Shown: positions 10,141 to 19,699 of the stretch, piece after piece
How positions within the stretch are numbered: the first letter of the stretch is position 1
Layout: each line of letters starts with the position of its first letter
Source: Pedobacter sp.
GTDB lineage: Bacteria; Desulfobacterota; Desulfuromonadia; Desulfuromonadales; Syntrophotaleaceae
Reading direction: 5' to 3'
Length of the DNA stretch: 64,000 bases
Assembly: GCA_050253415.1 (NCBI GenBank)
Contig: JBFWJC010000001.1
Location: forward strand, 1,576,679-1,640,678
Position numbers and translations under genes: made by a program
Notes under the pieces: model-generated
Databases searched by the model: none
Told to the model about the DNA's origin: nothing
The model's input: the letters and a program-made list of their open reading frames with translations, nothing else

Positions 10141-12499
10141 TCGCAAGCAGGAAAGCCCTGGGCACAAGCGCAAACCTGGTCCTGCCTTCATGAGCTTTCA
10201 GCTTTCCATGGATCAAGTTACTCAGCGCAACCTGATGTTGTTGCTGGTGAGTATTCTGATTGCTTTTATTGTTATCCCCAAGGGAAGCTTTATACCCGGT
10301 TTTTATCAACCGGGCGATATCGCCTCGCGCAATGTCAAAGCGCCTCGCGATCTTCTTGTACCCGATGAGACCCTCACTGAAAAAAAACAACGCGAAGCCG
10401 CCGATGCGGTTCTGCCGATATACGATTACGACCCTCGTGCGGGGCGCGATATTACCGAACGCCTCAAACAGGGCTTCGTGTTGCTGCAAAAACAATCGGA
10501 AAAGGAGGCTGCGGGGCGTCATGAACTGGAAACCTTGCTCGGCATTAGCCTCTCTAATGATGAACTGACTGTATTGCGGCAAGTGGCCGCGAAACCTGAA
10601 CAGGTTACGTTGCTTGTTGAGGCCCTGAAGAAGGTTATGCTCAACCAGATTGTCGGGAACCTGCAGCTTTTTCAAACCGGCGGAGAGCGCGGTATCGTCA
10701 TTCGCAATCTCATCACCCGTGAAGAACGGGTCACGCAGGGGCTCGACCAGGTTATCGGCATTGGTGATGCTTTCGACCAGGTTTCCGGGCAGCTTGCCAA
10801 GCTTAAAAATCTGTCTACGGAAGAACGCAGCATTCTCTATGCCCAGGTTTCAAAACTGTTGCGACCCAATCTCACTTATAATCAGAGCGAGACGGAAAAT
10901 CGGCGTATAGCAGGACGGGAAGCGGTCAAACCGGTTCTTATGCAGGTTAAAAAAGGGGAGATGATCGTTCGTGAAGGTGAACGCGTAACCGAGGAGCAGG
11001 TGACCAAACTCAAGGCTCTGCGAGATTTCGGCAGCGACCACATGCCCTTGCGCATGGCTGTCGGATTATCCCTGGCCCTGGTACTGTTGCTGTCCATATG
11101 TCACCGATACGGCCGCCGCAACATCAGCAAGTATCGGCCCGATAACCGCGACCTGCTGTTTATGGCGGCAACCTTTGTCGGTTTGTTCATTCTGGTCAAG
11201 TTGTCCATTTTCATCTGTGCGGCACTGGAGGGGTCTTTTCCCTATATTGAGTCTTCCAGTTATTATTACGTTTTCCCATTCGCCGCCGGAGCCATGCTGG
11301 TACGTATTGTCCTCAACTCGGAGGTCGCTTTAATCTTCGGCGTGGCCTTTTCCATGGTGATCGGCCTGCTTTTCGGAGATAACCTGCACATTGCCCTGTT
11401 TGCCCTGGTCGGTAACCTCACTGGGGGGCATTGGGTGCGTCATTGTACCCAGAGGACCAGCCTGTATCAGGCCGGTTGGCGCCTGTCGCTGGCCAATATA
11501 GGCATGGTGTTGGCCACACAACTCATTGCGGGGCGCGGTTTCGATATACAGATGCTTTACAAGGCCGGATTTGGCTTTGCCGGCGGCTTCTTTTGTGCGT
11601 TGCTGGTCACCGGTCTGGTGCCGTTGGTGGAAGCCTTATTCAAATATACGACCAATATCAAGTTGCTGGAACTTGCCAACATGAATACGCCGGTGTTGCG
11701 CGAATTGATGATCCAGGCTCCCGGCACCTATCATCATTCCATTATTGTCGGCAACCTGGCCGAGGCGGCGGCCGAAACCATCGGCGCCAATCCGCTGCTT
11801 GCCAGGGTGGCAGCCTATTATCACGATATCGGCAAAATCCGCAAACCGCTCTACTTTGTAGAAAATATCGGTGTGCAGGAGAATCGCCATAATAAGCTCA
11901 GCCCTTCCATGAGCGCTCTGATTCTCATGTCGCATGTCAAGGAAGGGGCCGATATGGCCCGGGAAAACAAGCTCGGTCAGACTCTGCATGATATCATTCG
12001 ACAGCACCACGGCACGGCGTTAATCAAGTTCTTTTACGACAAAGCCAAGAATCAGGAAGATCCCGAGGTGCAGCAGATCAATGAACGTGATTACCGGTAT
12101 CCCGGTCCCAAACCTCAGACCCGTGAGGCTGCGTTGATCATGCTGGCTGATTCCATTGAAGCGGCCAGTCGTACCCTGACAGATCCGACGCCGGCCCGTA
12201 TTCAGGGCATGGTCCAGAAAATCATTAACAATATTTTTATTGACGGTCAACTCGACGAATGCGAATTGACCCTCAAGGATCTGCATAATATAGCCAAGAG
12301 TTTTAACCGCATCCTGGCGGGTATTTTCCACCACAGGATCGATTACCCCGAGCCTGTTCATAAGGAACGGGAGAAGGAAACGGTAAAGAAGAAAAATGGG
12401 GATGATTCACATCGAGAACCGCCAAAAGAACCAAAAGATAGCCCTGGAAACGCTGGAAAAGGTAGCTCAGAGGATCTTAAACGACTCGGGATGTCCTGA
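10124..12499 (+). CDS. 7TM-HD family phosphohydrolase (PgpH-like, putative c-di-AMP phosphodiesterase)
   Basis: N-terminal TM, large extracytoplasmic region, multi-TM block, APGTYHHS, YYHDIGK, QHHGT, MLADS.EAA; start at ATG 10124 chosen from the AAGGAG RBS. Confidence 0.9.
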   Translation: MTGKTDRKQESPGHKRKPGPAFMSFQLSMDQVTQRNLMLLLVSILIAFIVIPKGSFIPGFYQPGDIASRNVKAPRDLLVPDETLTEKKQREAADAVLPIYDYDPRAGRDITERLKQGFVLLQKQSEKEAAGRHELETLLGISLSNDELTVLRQVAAKPEQVTLLVEALKKVMLNQIVGNLQLFQTGGERGIVIRNLITREERVTQGLDQVIGIGDAFDQVSGQLAKLKNLSTEERSILYAQVSKLLRPNLTYNQSETENRRIAGREAVKPVLMQVKKGEMIVREGERVTEEQVTKLKALRDFGSDHMPLRMAVGLSLALVLLLSICHRYGRRNISKYRPDNRDLLFMAATFVGLFILVKLSIFICAALEGSFPYIESSSYYYVFPFAAGAMLVRIVLNSEVALIFGVAFSMVIGLLFGDNLHIALFALVGNLTGGHWVRHCTQRTSLYQAGWRLSLANIGMVLATQLIAGRGFDIQMLYKAGFGFAGGFFCALLVTGLVPLVEALFKYTTNIKLLELANMNTPVLRELMIQAPGTYHHSIIVGNLAEAAAETIGANPLLARVAAYYHDIGKIRKPLYFVENIGVQENRHNKLSPSMSALILMSHVKEGADMARENKLGQTLHDIIRQHHGTALIKFFYDKAKNQEDPEVQQINERDYRYPGPKPQTREAALIMLADSIEAASRTLTDPTPARIQGMVQKIINNIFIDGQLDECELTLKDLHNIAKSFNRILAGIFHHRIDYPEPVHKEREKETVKKKNGDDSHREPPKEPKDSPGNAGKGSSEDLKRLGMS

Positions 12500-12854
12500 T
12501 GCCGAACTGTCGATAGTGATCGTCGACGATGAGCAGATCCAGCAGATCAACCGCGACTATCTGCAGCGTGACAAGCCGACCAATGTTATCTCCTTTGCCA
12601 TGCAGGAAGGCGAGGACGTTGGCCTTCATCCGGGGTTGCTCGGAGATGTGATTATTTCGGCCGACACCGCAGCGAGAGATGCCCTTGAAGCCGAGCTGGC
12701 GTTTGAGAGCGAGCTGTATTTTTTGTTGCTGCACGGTATTCTGCATCTGCTCGGCTACGACCATGAGCGTGGCACCGAAGAAGAGGCGCAGCTTATGGAG
12801 GCCCGTGAAGAAGAACTTTTTTCGCATATTCGGAAAGAGTTCCTCGGTAACTGA
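12396..12854 (+). CDS. ybeY: Endoribonuclease YbeY
   Basis: DKPTNVISF and HGILHLLGYDH motifs. Confidence 0.95.
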   Translation: MGMIHIENRQKNQKIALETLEKVAQRILNDSGCPDAELSIVIVDDEQIQQINRDYLQRDKPTNVISFAMQEGEDVGLHPGLLGDVIISADTAARDALEAELAFESELYFLLLHGILHLLGYDHERGTEEEAQLMEAREEELFSHIRKEFLGN

Positions 12855-12865
12855 ACAGGGAGACC

Positions 12866-13573
12866 ATGAAACCTTGCAAAGGCATGCATTTCAGCTTTAA
12901 CTGCGCCATCGAGGGGATTCTCTGGGCGGCGCGTACCCAGCGGCACATGCGCTATCATTGCATTGTGGCCTTGGGGGTTGTGCTGGCGGGCCTGATATTC
13001 AAGGTTTCTGCGCTTGAGTTTATTTTGCTTGTTTTCGGGATTGTACTGGTGCTGTTTGCGGAGTTGGTTAATACCGCATGCGAGGCGCTGGTCGATCTGG
13101 TCTCGCCGGAGTTTCACCCGCTGGCGCGGCGAGTGAAAGATGTGGCCGCAGGGGCGGTATTGTTGGCAAGTGTCGGTGCCGCGATTGTGGGCTATCTGAT
13201 TCTGGCAGGATATGTTTTTACCCCCGGCGGGGATTTGCAGGCTACTCCGTTGTCCGCAGTCGCGTCCGGTCAACTGGCGGTTTTTAGTCTTCTTACGGTA
13301 CTCTTGTTGGTGGTGCTGCTCAAGGCCTGGGCGGGCCGCGGAACCCCTCTGGAAGGGGGGATGCCCAGCGGTCATGCAGCGTTCGCCTTTTCCGTGGCAA
13401 CCTCGGTGGCCATGGCGCCGGTCGGTTCGGTGGTGGCGCTCCTGTCTTTGGCGCTGGCGGTGATGATAGGGCACAGCCGCGTTTACATGGGTATTCATAG
13501 TCTGCATGAGGTGTTGGCCGGCGCCGCACTCGGTACCGGTGTTACCTGGGCATTGCATCTGTTTTGTGGCTGA
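12866..13573 (+). CDS. Diacylglycerol/undecaprenol kinase (DgkA) fused to a PAP2 phosphatase domain
   Basis: ELVNTACEALVD..KDVAAGAVL (DgkA); PSGH and SRVYMGIH (PAP2). Confidence 0.88.
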   Translation: MKPCKGMHFSFNCAIEGILWAARTQRHMRYHCIVALGVVLAGLIFKVSALEFILLVFGIVLVLFAELVNTACEALVDLVSPEFHPLARRVKDVAAGAVLLASVGAAIVGYLILAGYVFTPGGDLQATPLSAVASGQLAVFSLLTVLLLVVLLKAWAGRGTPLEGGMPSGHAAFAFSVATSVAMAPVGSVVALLSLALAVMIGHSRVYMGIHSLHEVLAGAALGTGVTWALHLFCG

Positions 13574-13624
13574 CAGCCCCGGTTCGGGCGATTGTCAGCT
13601 GAAATTTTTTTCTGGAGGTTGATT

Positions 13625-14485
13625 TTGGACGACGAAGGTTCAGGAAACAAGACCGTTTTCTGGCGCCGCTTGAGCGAAGCATTGCTGCCCGGCCGGCGGC
13701 GCGTACGCAGCGAAGAGGAATTGCAGGCGGTGATCGATGCCTCCGAAGAGGAGGGCATCATCAATGAAGAAGAAGGAGAAATGCTGCAATCGATATTCGA
13801 GTTCGGGGAAACCATCGTACGTGAAATAATGGTGCCCCGGACCGATATGCGATGCTGCAGTATGGATGACACCGTCGAAGAAGTGTTGCATGCGATCATC
13901 GATTCAGGACATTCCCGTATCCCCATCTACCAGGGGAGTACCGATCATATCGTGGGGTTGGTTTACGCCAAGGACTTGCTTAAACATTGGGGAAGTCCTA
14001 TATCCGCACTTGATCTGGCCAGCATCATGCGCGAACCGTATTTTGTCCCCGAAACCAAAAAGATCGAAGAACTGCTGAAAGAATTCCGTACCCGCCGTAT
14101 GCACATGGCTATTGCTATCGATGAATACGGCGGTACCTCAGGCCTGATCACCATCGAGGATCTTATCGAGGAGATAGTCGGCGATATTCAGGATGAATAT
14201 GATCTTGAAGAAGATTGGTTGCTTCCTCAGGAGGATGGCAGCCTGTTGGTCGATTGCCGGCTTAATATTGATGAATTTGAGGATTACTTCGCCGTGACCA
14301 TCCCTCGTGAGCGGTTTGACACGGTGGGCGGTTGGTTGTTTCACCTGCTTGGCCGCGTACCTGTCAAGGGGGAAGAACTTCGCAGTCAGGGGCTGCTAAT
14401 GACGGTAGAAGAATGCGATGAACGGAAGATTCTCACGGTCCGGGTAGGGCGCGATACCGGTACAAAGGAGCCTGCGGCGACATGA
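13625..14485 (+). CDS. CBS/CorC-HlyC domain protein (YbeX/CorC-like)
   Basis: [45 protein letters not shown] start after GGAGG. Confidence 0.92.
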   Translation: MDDEGSGNKTVFWRRLSEALLPGRRRVRSEEELQAVIDASEEEGIINEEEGEMLQSIFEFGETIVREIMVPRTDMRCCSMDDTVEEVLHAIIDSGHSRIPIYQGSTDHIVGLVYAKDLLKHWGSPISALDLASIMREPYFVPETKKIEELLKEFRTRRMHMAIAIDEYGGTSGLITIEDLIEEIVGDIQDEYDLEEDWLLPQEDGSLLVDCRLNIDEFEDYFAVTIPRERFDTVGGWLFHLLGRVPVKGEELRSQGLLMTVEECDERKILTVRVGRDTGTKEPAAT

Positions 14486-16002
14486 GGTTGCGCCTTCCCG
14501 ATGCGGATCTGTGCTGGTCTTTGGTCTCGGGCCTATTGTTGGCTCTGTCCTTCCCGCGCCTTGATCTGGCGCCATTGGCCTGGGTCGGCCTGGTGCCGTT
14601 GCTTCTGGTTTCGGGGCGGCGGCCTTTTGCCAGCGGGTTTGCAGCCGGAGTCGGATTTTTTGGTCTGGTGTTATATTGGCTGAATATCGTGATGGTCAAT
14701 TACGGACATCTGCATCCGGTGCTTTCGGTTGTGGCTTATCTGATGCTCATCGTATACCTGGCTTCGTTCTTCGGTGTTGCCACCTGGGCCGGTCATCGCC
14801 TGAAGGAGCGCCTCGGACTTTGTTTGTCCTTGACTCTGCCGGTTGTATGGGTAGCGCTCGAATTCTTACGGTCTTTTTTTCTCACCGGTTTTCCCTGGGC
14901 AATGTTGGGATATTCCCAGCAGAGCCTACTGTCTCTGATTCAGTCCGCCGATCTGCTGGGCCCTTACGGTCTGAGTTATCTGCTGGTGTTGTCCAATGTA
15001 ACGCTGGCATTGCTGGTACGCTGGTGTGCCCGGCGCACAACAACCCCCTTTCCGCGACTGGCGCTGATCCTGACCCTGTCGCTGGCCATCGGGAATTTTG
15101 CCTATGGCCAAATCCGCCTGCAACAGCAACCCGACGGTCGCGAAGTATCCCTGCAAACGGTTCTGGCCCAGGGGAACATCGACCAATCCCTGAAATGGGA
15201 TCCCGCTTATCAGTGGGGTACCATCGATATTTACAAGCGTTTGTCCCTGCAACCGCAGGACCAGCCTGCACAACTGATTATCTGGCCGGAAAGTGCTGTG
15301 CCCTTTTTCTTTCAGGAGACCGGTATCCTGTCCGATCAGGTGCGTCAGGTTGCCGCGCGTCGCGGGGCATGGCTGTTGTTCGGTAGCCCGGCTTTTGAGG
15401 ATATCAACCGCCGCCGCCACTATCTCAACAGCGCCTTTTTGTTGTCGCCTTCGGGGCAGGACCTGGGGCGCAGTGACAAAGTGCATCTCGTTCCCTTCGG
15501 GGAATATGTGCCTTTGAAAACTTTTTTCCCCTTTATCGACAAACTTGTCGTGGGCATTGGTGACTTTTCTCCCGGCACCATCAGTCCATTGCCGATGAAC
15601 GGGCATAAAATCGGAGTGCTGGTCTGTTTCGAGGGTATTTTTCCCGAACTGGCGCGTGAGTATGTGCGCCGCGGTAGCGATCTCTTGGTGAATATTACCA
15701 ACGATGCCTGGTTCGGAAAATCCTCCGCTCCCTATCAACATCTGGCGATGGTCCGGTTTCGCGCGGTAGAGAACCGTATATGGCTGGCGCGTGCCGCCAA
15801 TACCGGCATTTCTGCGTTGATAGCACCCTCGGGTCGCATTACCGCCCAATCGCCCTTATTTGAGCGCATGGCTTTGAGCGGCACGGTGGGATTGGGATCT
15901 CAACCCACCCTCTATAATCGTTTCGGCGATGTTTTTCCTACTCTTTGCGGGGTGATAAGCCTTGTATGGTTATTTCTCGCATGGCGTCGACGTCCGGTCT
16001 GA
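14482..16002 (+). CDS. lnt: Apolipoprotein N-acyltransferase
   Basis: TGFPW, QGNI, IWPES, K.HLVPFGEYVP, CFE, NDAWF, RAVEN, RAANTGIS. Confidence 0.96.
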   Translation: MRLRLPDADLCWSLVSGLLLALSFPRLDLAPLAWVGLVPLLLVSGRRPFASGFAAGVGFFGLVLYWLNIVMVNYGHLHPVLSVVAYLMLIVYLASFFGVATWAGHRLKERLGLCLSLTLPVVWVALEFLRSFFLTGFPWAMLGYSQQSLLSLIQSADLLGPYGLSYLLVLSNVTLALLVRWCARRTTTPFPRLALILTLSLAIGNFAYGQIRLQQQPDGREVSLQTVLAQGNIDQSLKWDPAYQWGTIDIYKRLSLQPQDQPAQLIIWPESAVPFFFQETGILSDQVRQVAARRGAWLLFGSPAFEDINRRRHYLNSAFLLSPSGQDLGRSDKVHLVPFGEYVPLKTFFPFIDKLVVGIGDFSPGTISPLPMNGHKIGVLVCFEGIFPELAREYVRRGSDLLVNITNDAWFGKSSAPYQHLAMVRFRAVENRIWLARAANTGISALIAPSGRITAQSPLFERMALSGTVGLGSQPTLYNRFGDVFPTLCGVISLVWLFLAWRRRPV

Positions 16003-16221
16003 TTGTCAGGTTTCGGTCCGTATTACGTCATGGGGTATTAACCTCTCCTGATGCTTCAACTATTGTCTCCATAAGCATTCGTCCCATCTTCTGTTCAAAT
16101 CCCTGTGTTTGACTTTCCCTTTTCAGCAGCGACAATTTAAATGAGGGCTGCAACAAGAACGTGGTTGCTGCATTCCCTGTCGGCTTGAGCGTTTCTTTTC
16201 CAAGGGAAGGAGAACAAGCCC

Positions 16222-17334
16222 ATGCTGGATGCCTTTTCCTATGCCGATGACCTCGGTCCTGCCAAAATTATTCACATTTACGAGCCCACCAACGGCCTGA
16301 AGGGCGTGCTGGTGATTGACAATGTAGCCGTCGGGCCGGCGATTGGTGGCCTGCGCATGGCACCGGACGTCAGCACCGGGGAGTGTTTCCGGTTGGCACG
16401 GGCGATGACGCTTAAAAATGCGATTGCCGGGCTTGCCCACGGTGGAGGCAAATCGGTGCTGTATGGTGATCCGAAAATGCCACCTGCCGACAAGCAGCGG
16501 CTGATTCGGGCCATGGCCTGTTCCCTGCGTCACTGTCAGGACTACATCTTCGGGCCGGATATGGGCACCGATGAAACCTGCATGGCCTGGGTCAAGGACG
16601 AAATCGGCCGGGCCGTCGGACTGCCGGAATCCCTTGGCGGGATCCCCCTCGATAAAATTGGCGCCACGGGGTGGGGGGTTCGCCATGCCGTGGAAGTGGC
16701 CGCACCAATCGCGGGGTTTTCCCTATCCGGCGCCAGAGTCGTCATTCAGGGATTCGGCGCGGTTGGGCAGCACGCTGCCCGCTTTCTAGCTGAACTGGGG
16801 ACGGTGTTGGTCGGGGCCGCAGATTCCAAAGGGACCCTGTATCATCCAGACGGGATTGATGTCGCTAAATTGATGGAACTCAAGAATAAGGGTAAAAGCG
16901 TACTCGATTATCCCGAGGGGCAGAAACTCGACCGGGATGCGGTGATCGATCTGGACTGCGAGATATGGATTCCGGCTGCCAGGCCCGACGTGATCACAGA
17001 AGCCAACGTTTCCCGGTTGCGTACCAAACTTGTAGCGCAGGGAGCCAACATCCCCTTGAGCTTGGGCGCTGAAAAAATTCTGCATGAGCGCGGGGTGCTT
17101 TGTCTGCCGGATTTCATTGCCAATGCCGGTGGCGTGATTTGCGGAGCCATGGAGTACCACGGTGGCTGGAAGGGGCTGGTATTCGATGTGGTGGCGGAGA
17201 AAATCCGCGCCAATATCGATGAAATGCTGCGCCGGGTGAAAAGTGAAGGGCGCCTGCCGCGCGAGGTGGCCACGGATATGGCGTTGACTATATTGCATAA
17301 GGCCATGGCGACCCGACGCTGGTCGATTTATTGA
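16222..17334 (+). CDS. Glu/Leu/Phe/Val dehydrogenase, probably neutral/hydrophobic amino-acid type
   Basis: GPAIGGLRM, HGGGKSV, GPDMGT, QGFGAVG, PDFIANAGGV; AAGGAG RBS. Confidence 0.92.
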   Translation: MLDAFSYADDLGPAKIIHIYEPTNGLKGVLVIDNVAVGPAIGGLRMAPDVSTGECFRLARAMTLKNAIAGLAHGGGKSVLYGDPKMPPADKQRLIRAMACSLRHCQDYIFGPDMGTDETCMAWVKDEIGRAVGLPESLGGIPLDKIGATGWGVRHAVEVAAPIAGFSLSGARVVIQGFGAVGQHAARFLAELGTVLVGAADSKGTLYHPDGIDVAKLMELKNKGKSVLDYPEGQKLDRDAVIDLDCEIWIPAARPDVITEANVSRLRTKLVAQGANIPLSLGAEKILHERGVLCLPDFIANAGGVICGAMEYHGGWKGLVFDVVAEKIRANIDEMLRRVKSEGRLPREVATDMALTILHKAMATRRWSIY

Positions 17335-17379
17335 AATGATGTCTGCCGGGTGTCTGTTCGTATGCAGATCTTGAAAAGC

Positions 17380-17495
17380 CTCTCACGCACGTTCCTTTCA
17401 GTCGCATAAGACGCAAAGACGCAAAAGTAAGCCGGGTTTTGTTTTCTTGGCGGTCATTGCGGCTTGAGTCAGCGTAGCGAACGAGCGTGGGAAAG
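17380..17495. repeat. Imperfect long inverted repeat (REP/MITE-like hairpin) containing a tandem AAGACGCA unit
   Basis: Left arm TCTCACGCACGTTC..AAGACGCAAAGACGCAAAAG pairs with right arm CTTGGCGGTCATTGCGGCTT..GAACGAGCGTGGGA. Confidence 0.6.
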
Positions 17496-17562
17496 ATTTG
17501 CTTTGATTTTGAATGATTGATTCGAACATTTCAAAACCTGGTCGGTGGGTAAAGGAGCAACC

Positions 17563-18495
17563 ATGTACCGGATCCGTTTTCATGGCCGAGGCGGTCAGGG
17601 GATAAAGACCGCCAGTCGCATCCTCGGCACGGCTCTTTTCATAGAGGGGTTCGAGGTGCAGGATGCGCCGCGTTATGGTGCCGAGCGGCGGGGCGCGCCG
17701 ATTTTTGCTTATGTAAGGGCTGATATGTGTCCCATTCACGAGCGCGGTGTGATCCATCGCCCGGATCTGGTGGTGGTGGCGGATGAAACGTTGCTGGCTA
17801 TTTCAGCCGCTCAGGTCCTGGAGGGGGTGACAGGTTCCTGCGTGGTGCTGATCTATTCCGCCAAGCCGGAAGCATGGTGGCGACAGCAATTACCCGACAT
17901 TGCACAGATCGTCGTATTGGAACCCCTGGAATCCTTGTCCGCGGCTATCCCCATCGGGGCATTTTGTGTCGGGGCCGCTGCGGGTTTGCTCGGCAAGATA
18001 TCGGCAGAGGCGTTGGCGCAGGCAGTGGAAGACGAGCTGGCCGCCTACGATGCGGCTTTGGTGGAGAGTAACCGCCGCGCTATTTTAGCTGCCTATATGG
18101 AGGTCACACCCTGGCGTGGGCTTGTATGTTCCAGCTTGTCTCTGACGGTTTCACAGACGCCGCCTCCAGTCTGGGTGGAGGTTCCGAACGATGCCGTGGA
18201 TATAGGGGCGCCGGTGATTCACGCCGGTGGCACCAGCGGTTTGGTCAAAACGGGGTTGTGGCGTACTCGCAGGCCGGTTATTGACAGGGAGCGATGTCGC
18301 CGTTGTCTGCAATGCTGCGCCTGGTGTCCGGAAGGTGGCATTTTGGTCGGGGAGGATGGATGGCCGGTGATCGATTACGAGCACTGCAAAGGCTGCCTGG
18401 TATGCGCCGCCCAGTGTCCGTTCCAGGCGATCGGGGTCATCCCCGAAACCCAGGCAGAAGGAGGACCTGATGCGCAAACTGCTGACCGGCAATAG
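17563..18495 (+). CDS. 2-oxoacid:ferredoxin oxidoreductase gamma subunit fused to the delta (2[4Fe-4S]) subunit
   Basis: IRFHGRGGQG, YGAERRGAP; C-terminal CRRCLQCCAWCP and CKGCLVCAAQCP. Confidence 0.92.
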   Translation: MYRIRFHGRGGQGIKTASRILGTALFIEGFEVQDAPRYGAERRGAPIFAYVRADMCPIHERGVIHRPDLVVVADETLLAISAAQVLEGVTGSCVVLIYSAKPEAWWRQQLPDIAQIVVLEPLESLSAAIPIGAFCVGAAAGLLGKISAEALAQAVEDELAAYDAALVESNRRAILAAYMEVTPWRGLVCSSLSLTVSQTPPPVWVEVPNDAVDIGAPVIHAGGTSGLVKTGLWRTRRPVIDRERCRRCLQCCAWCPEGGILVGEDGWPVIDYEHCKGCLVCAAQCPFQAIGVIPETQAEGGPDAQTADRQ

Positions 18496-19699
18496 CGCTG
18501 CCGCCTGGGGGGCGCGGCTGGCGGAGATCGATTACCTGCCGGTGTTTCCCATCACGCCCCAGACGGAGATCATCGAGACCCTGGCCGAATGGGTGGATCG
18601 CGGCGAGCTTAACGCCAGGTTGACAACCCTGGAGTCGGAACATTCCATGCTGACTGCCGCAGGCGCCGCCGCGGTAACGGGGGTACGGGTCTTTACCGCT
18701 ACCTCCAGCCAGGGGCTGCTGTATGCCATGGAAATGCTCTACAACGTGGCCGGCTGGCGTGCGCCGCTGGTGCTGGTCAACGTCTCGCGGGGACTGTCTG
18801 CGCCGATCACTCTGGAGCCCGATCACAACGATATCCTCGCGGCGCGCGATAGCGGTTTTCTGCAGTTGCACTGCGCCACCTGTCAGGAAGTACTCGATAG
18901 TGTGCTGCTGGCTTATCGTCTGGCTGAGGATATGCGGGTGCGGCTGCCGGTGCTTGTCAACCTGGATGGTTTTTACCTCTCATTTACCCGTGAGCCGGTC
19001 GTGATCCCCTCGCAGGAGCAGGTGAGAGCTTTTTTGCCGCCTTTCGATCCTGGACGCAACCGGTTTCGCGGCGGCGAACCGGTCAGCCAGGCGGTGGCGG
19101 TGCTGGGCGGTGGGCCCTATTCCTACTTCCGTTACCAGGCCCACCTTGCGGCCCTTGAGGCGGGACAGGTATTTGACGAACTTGGCCAGGAATTCAGCGA
19201 CCGTTTCGGCCGTTCCTTCCCGGCGATCGAAGCCTATCGCAATGAGGATGCTGAAATCCTGTTTGTCATGATCGGCTCGTTTGCCACCAAGGCTCGCGAG
19301 GCGGTTGATCGGCTGCGTGATGCGGGCCAAAAGGTCGGTTTGTTAAGGCCACGCCTGCTGCGGCCTTTCCCGACCGGGGAGTTTGCCCGGCTGCTGTCCG
19401 GCAAAGCAGGGGTGGCGGTGGTCGATCAGAACCTGTCCAACGGGCTGGGTGGTATCCTCTATACCGAACTGGCTGCGGCGCTCTACAATCTTCCGCAACG
19501 GCCTCTGCTGGCCAGTTTTGTCGGCGGGTTGGGGGGACGCGACATCACTGCTGGTGAGTTTTACGCCATGGCCGAGCAGGTGCGTCAGGCCGTGGCAAAG
19601 GGACAGGCACCGCCACCGCGTCTGCTGTTCACCGATCAGGAACTGAAGGGGATGCGTGGACTGCAGCGTATTGCCGCCGGGAAGGAGGGCAAGCCATGA
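18470..19699 (+). CDS. 2-oxoacid:ferredoxin oxidoreductase alpha subunit
   Basis: TGNSAAA, FPITPQTE, ESEH, TATSSQGL, DGFYLSF, GLGGRD. Confidence 0.93.
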   Translation: MRKLLTGNSAAAWGARLAEIDYLPVFPITPQTEIIETLAEWVDRGELNARLTTLESEHSMLTAAGAAAVTGVRVFTATSSQGLLYAMEMLYNVAGWRAPLVLVNVSRGLSAPITLEPDHNDILAARDSGFLQLHCATCQEVLDSVLLAYRLAEDMRVRLPVLVNLDGFYLSFTREPVVIPSQEQVRAFLPPFDPGRNRFRGGEPVSQAVAVLGGGPYSYFRYQAHLAALEAGQVFDELGQEFSDRFGRSFPAIEAYRNEDAEILFVMIGSFATKAREAVDRLRDAGQKVGLLRPRLLRPFPTGEFARLLSGKAGVAVVDQNLSNGLGGILYTELAAALYNLPQRPLLASFVGGLGGRDITAGEFYAMAEQVRQAVAKGQAPPPRLLFTDQELKGMRGLQRIAAGKEGKP

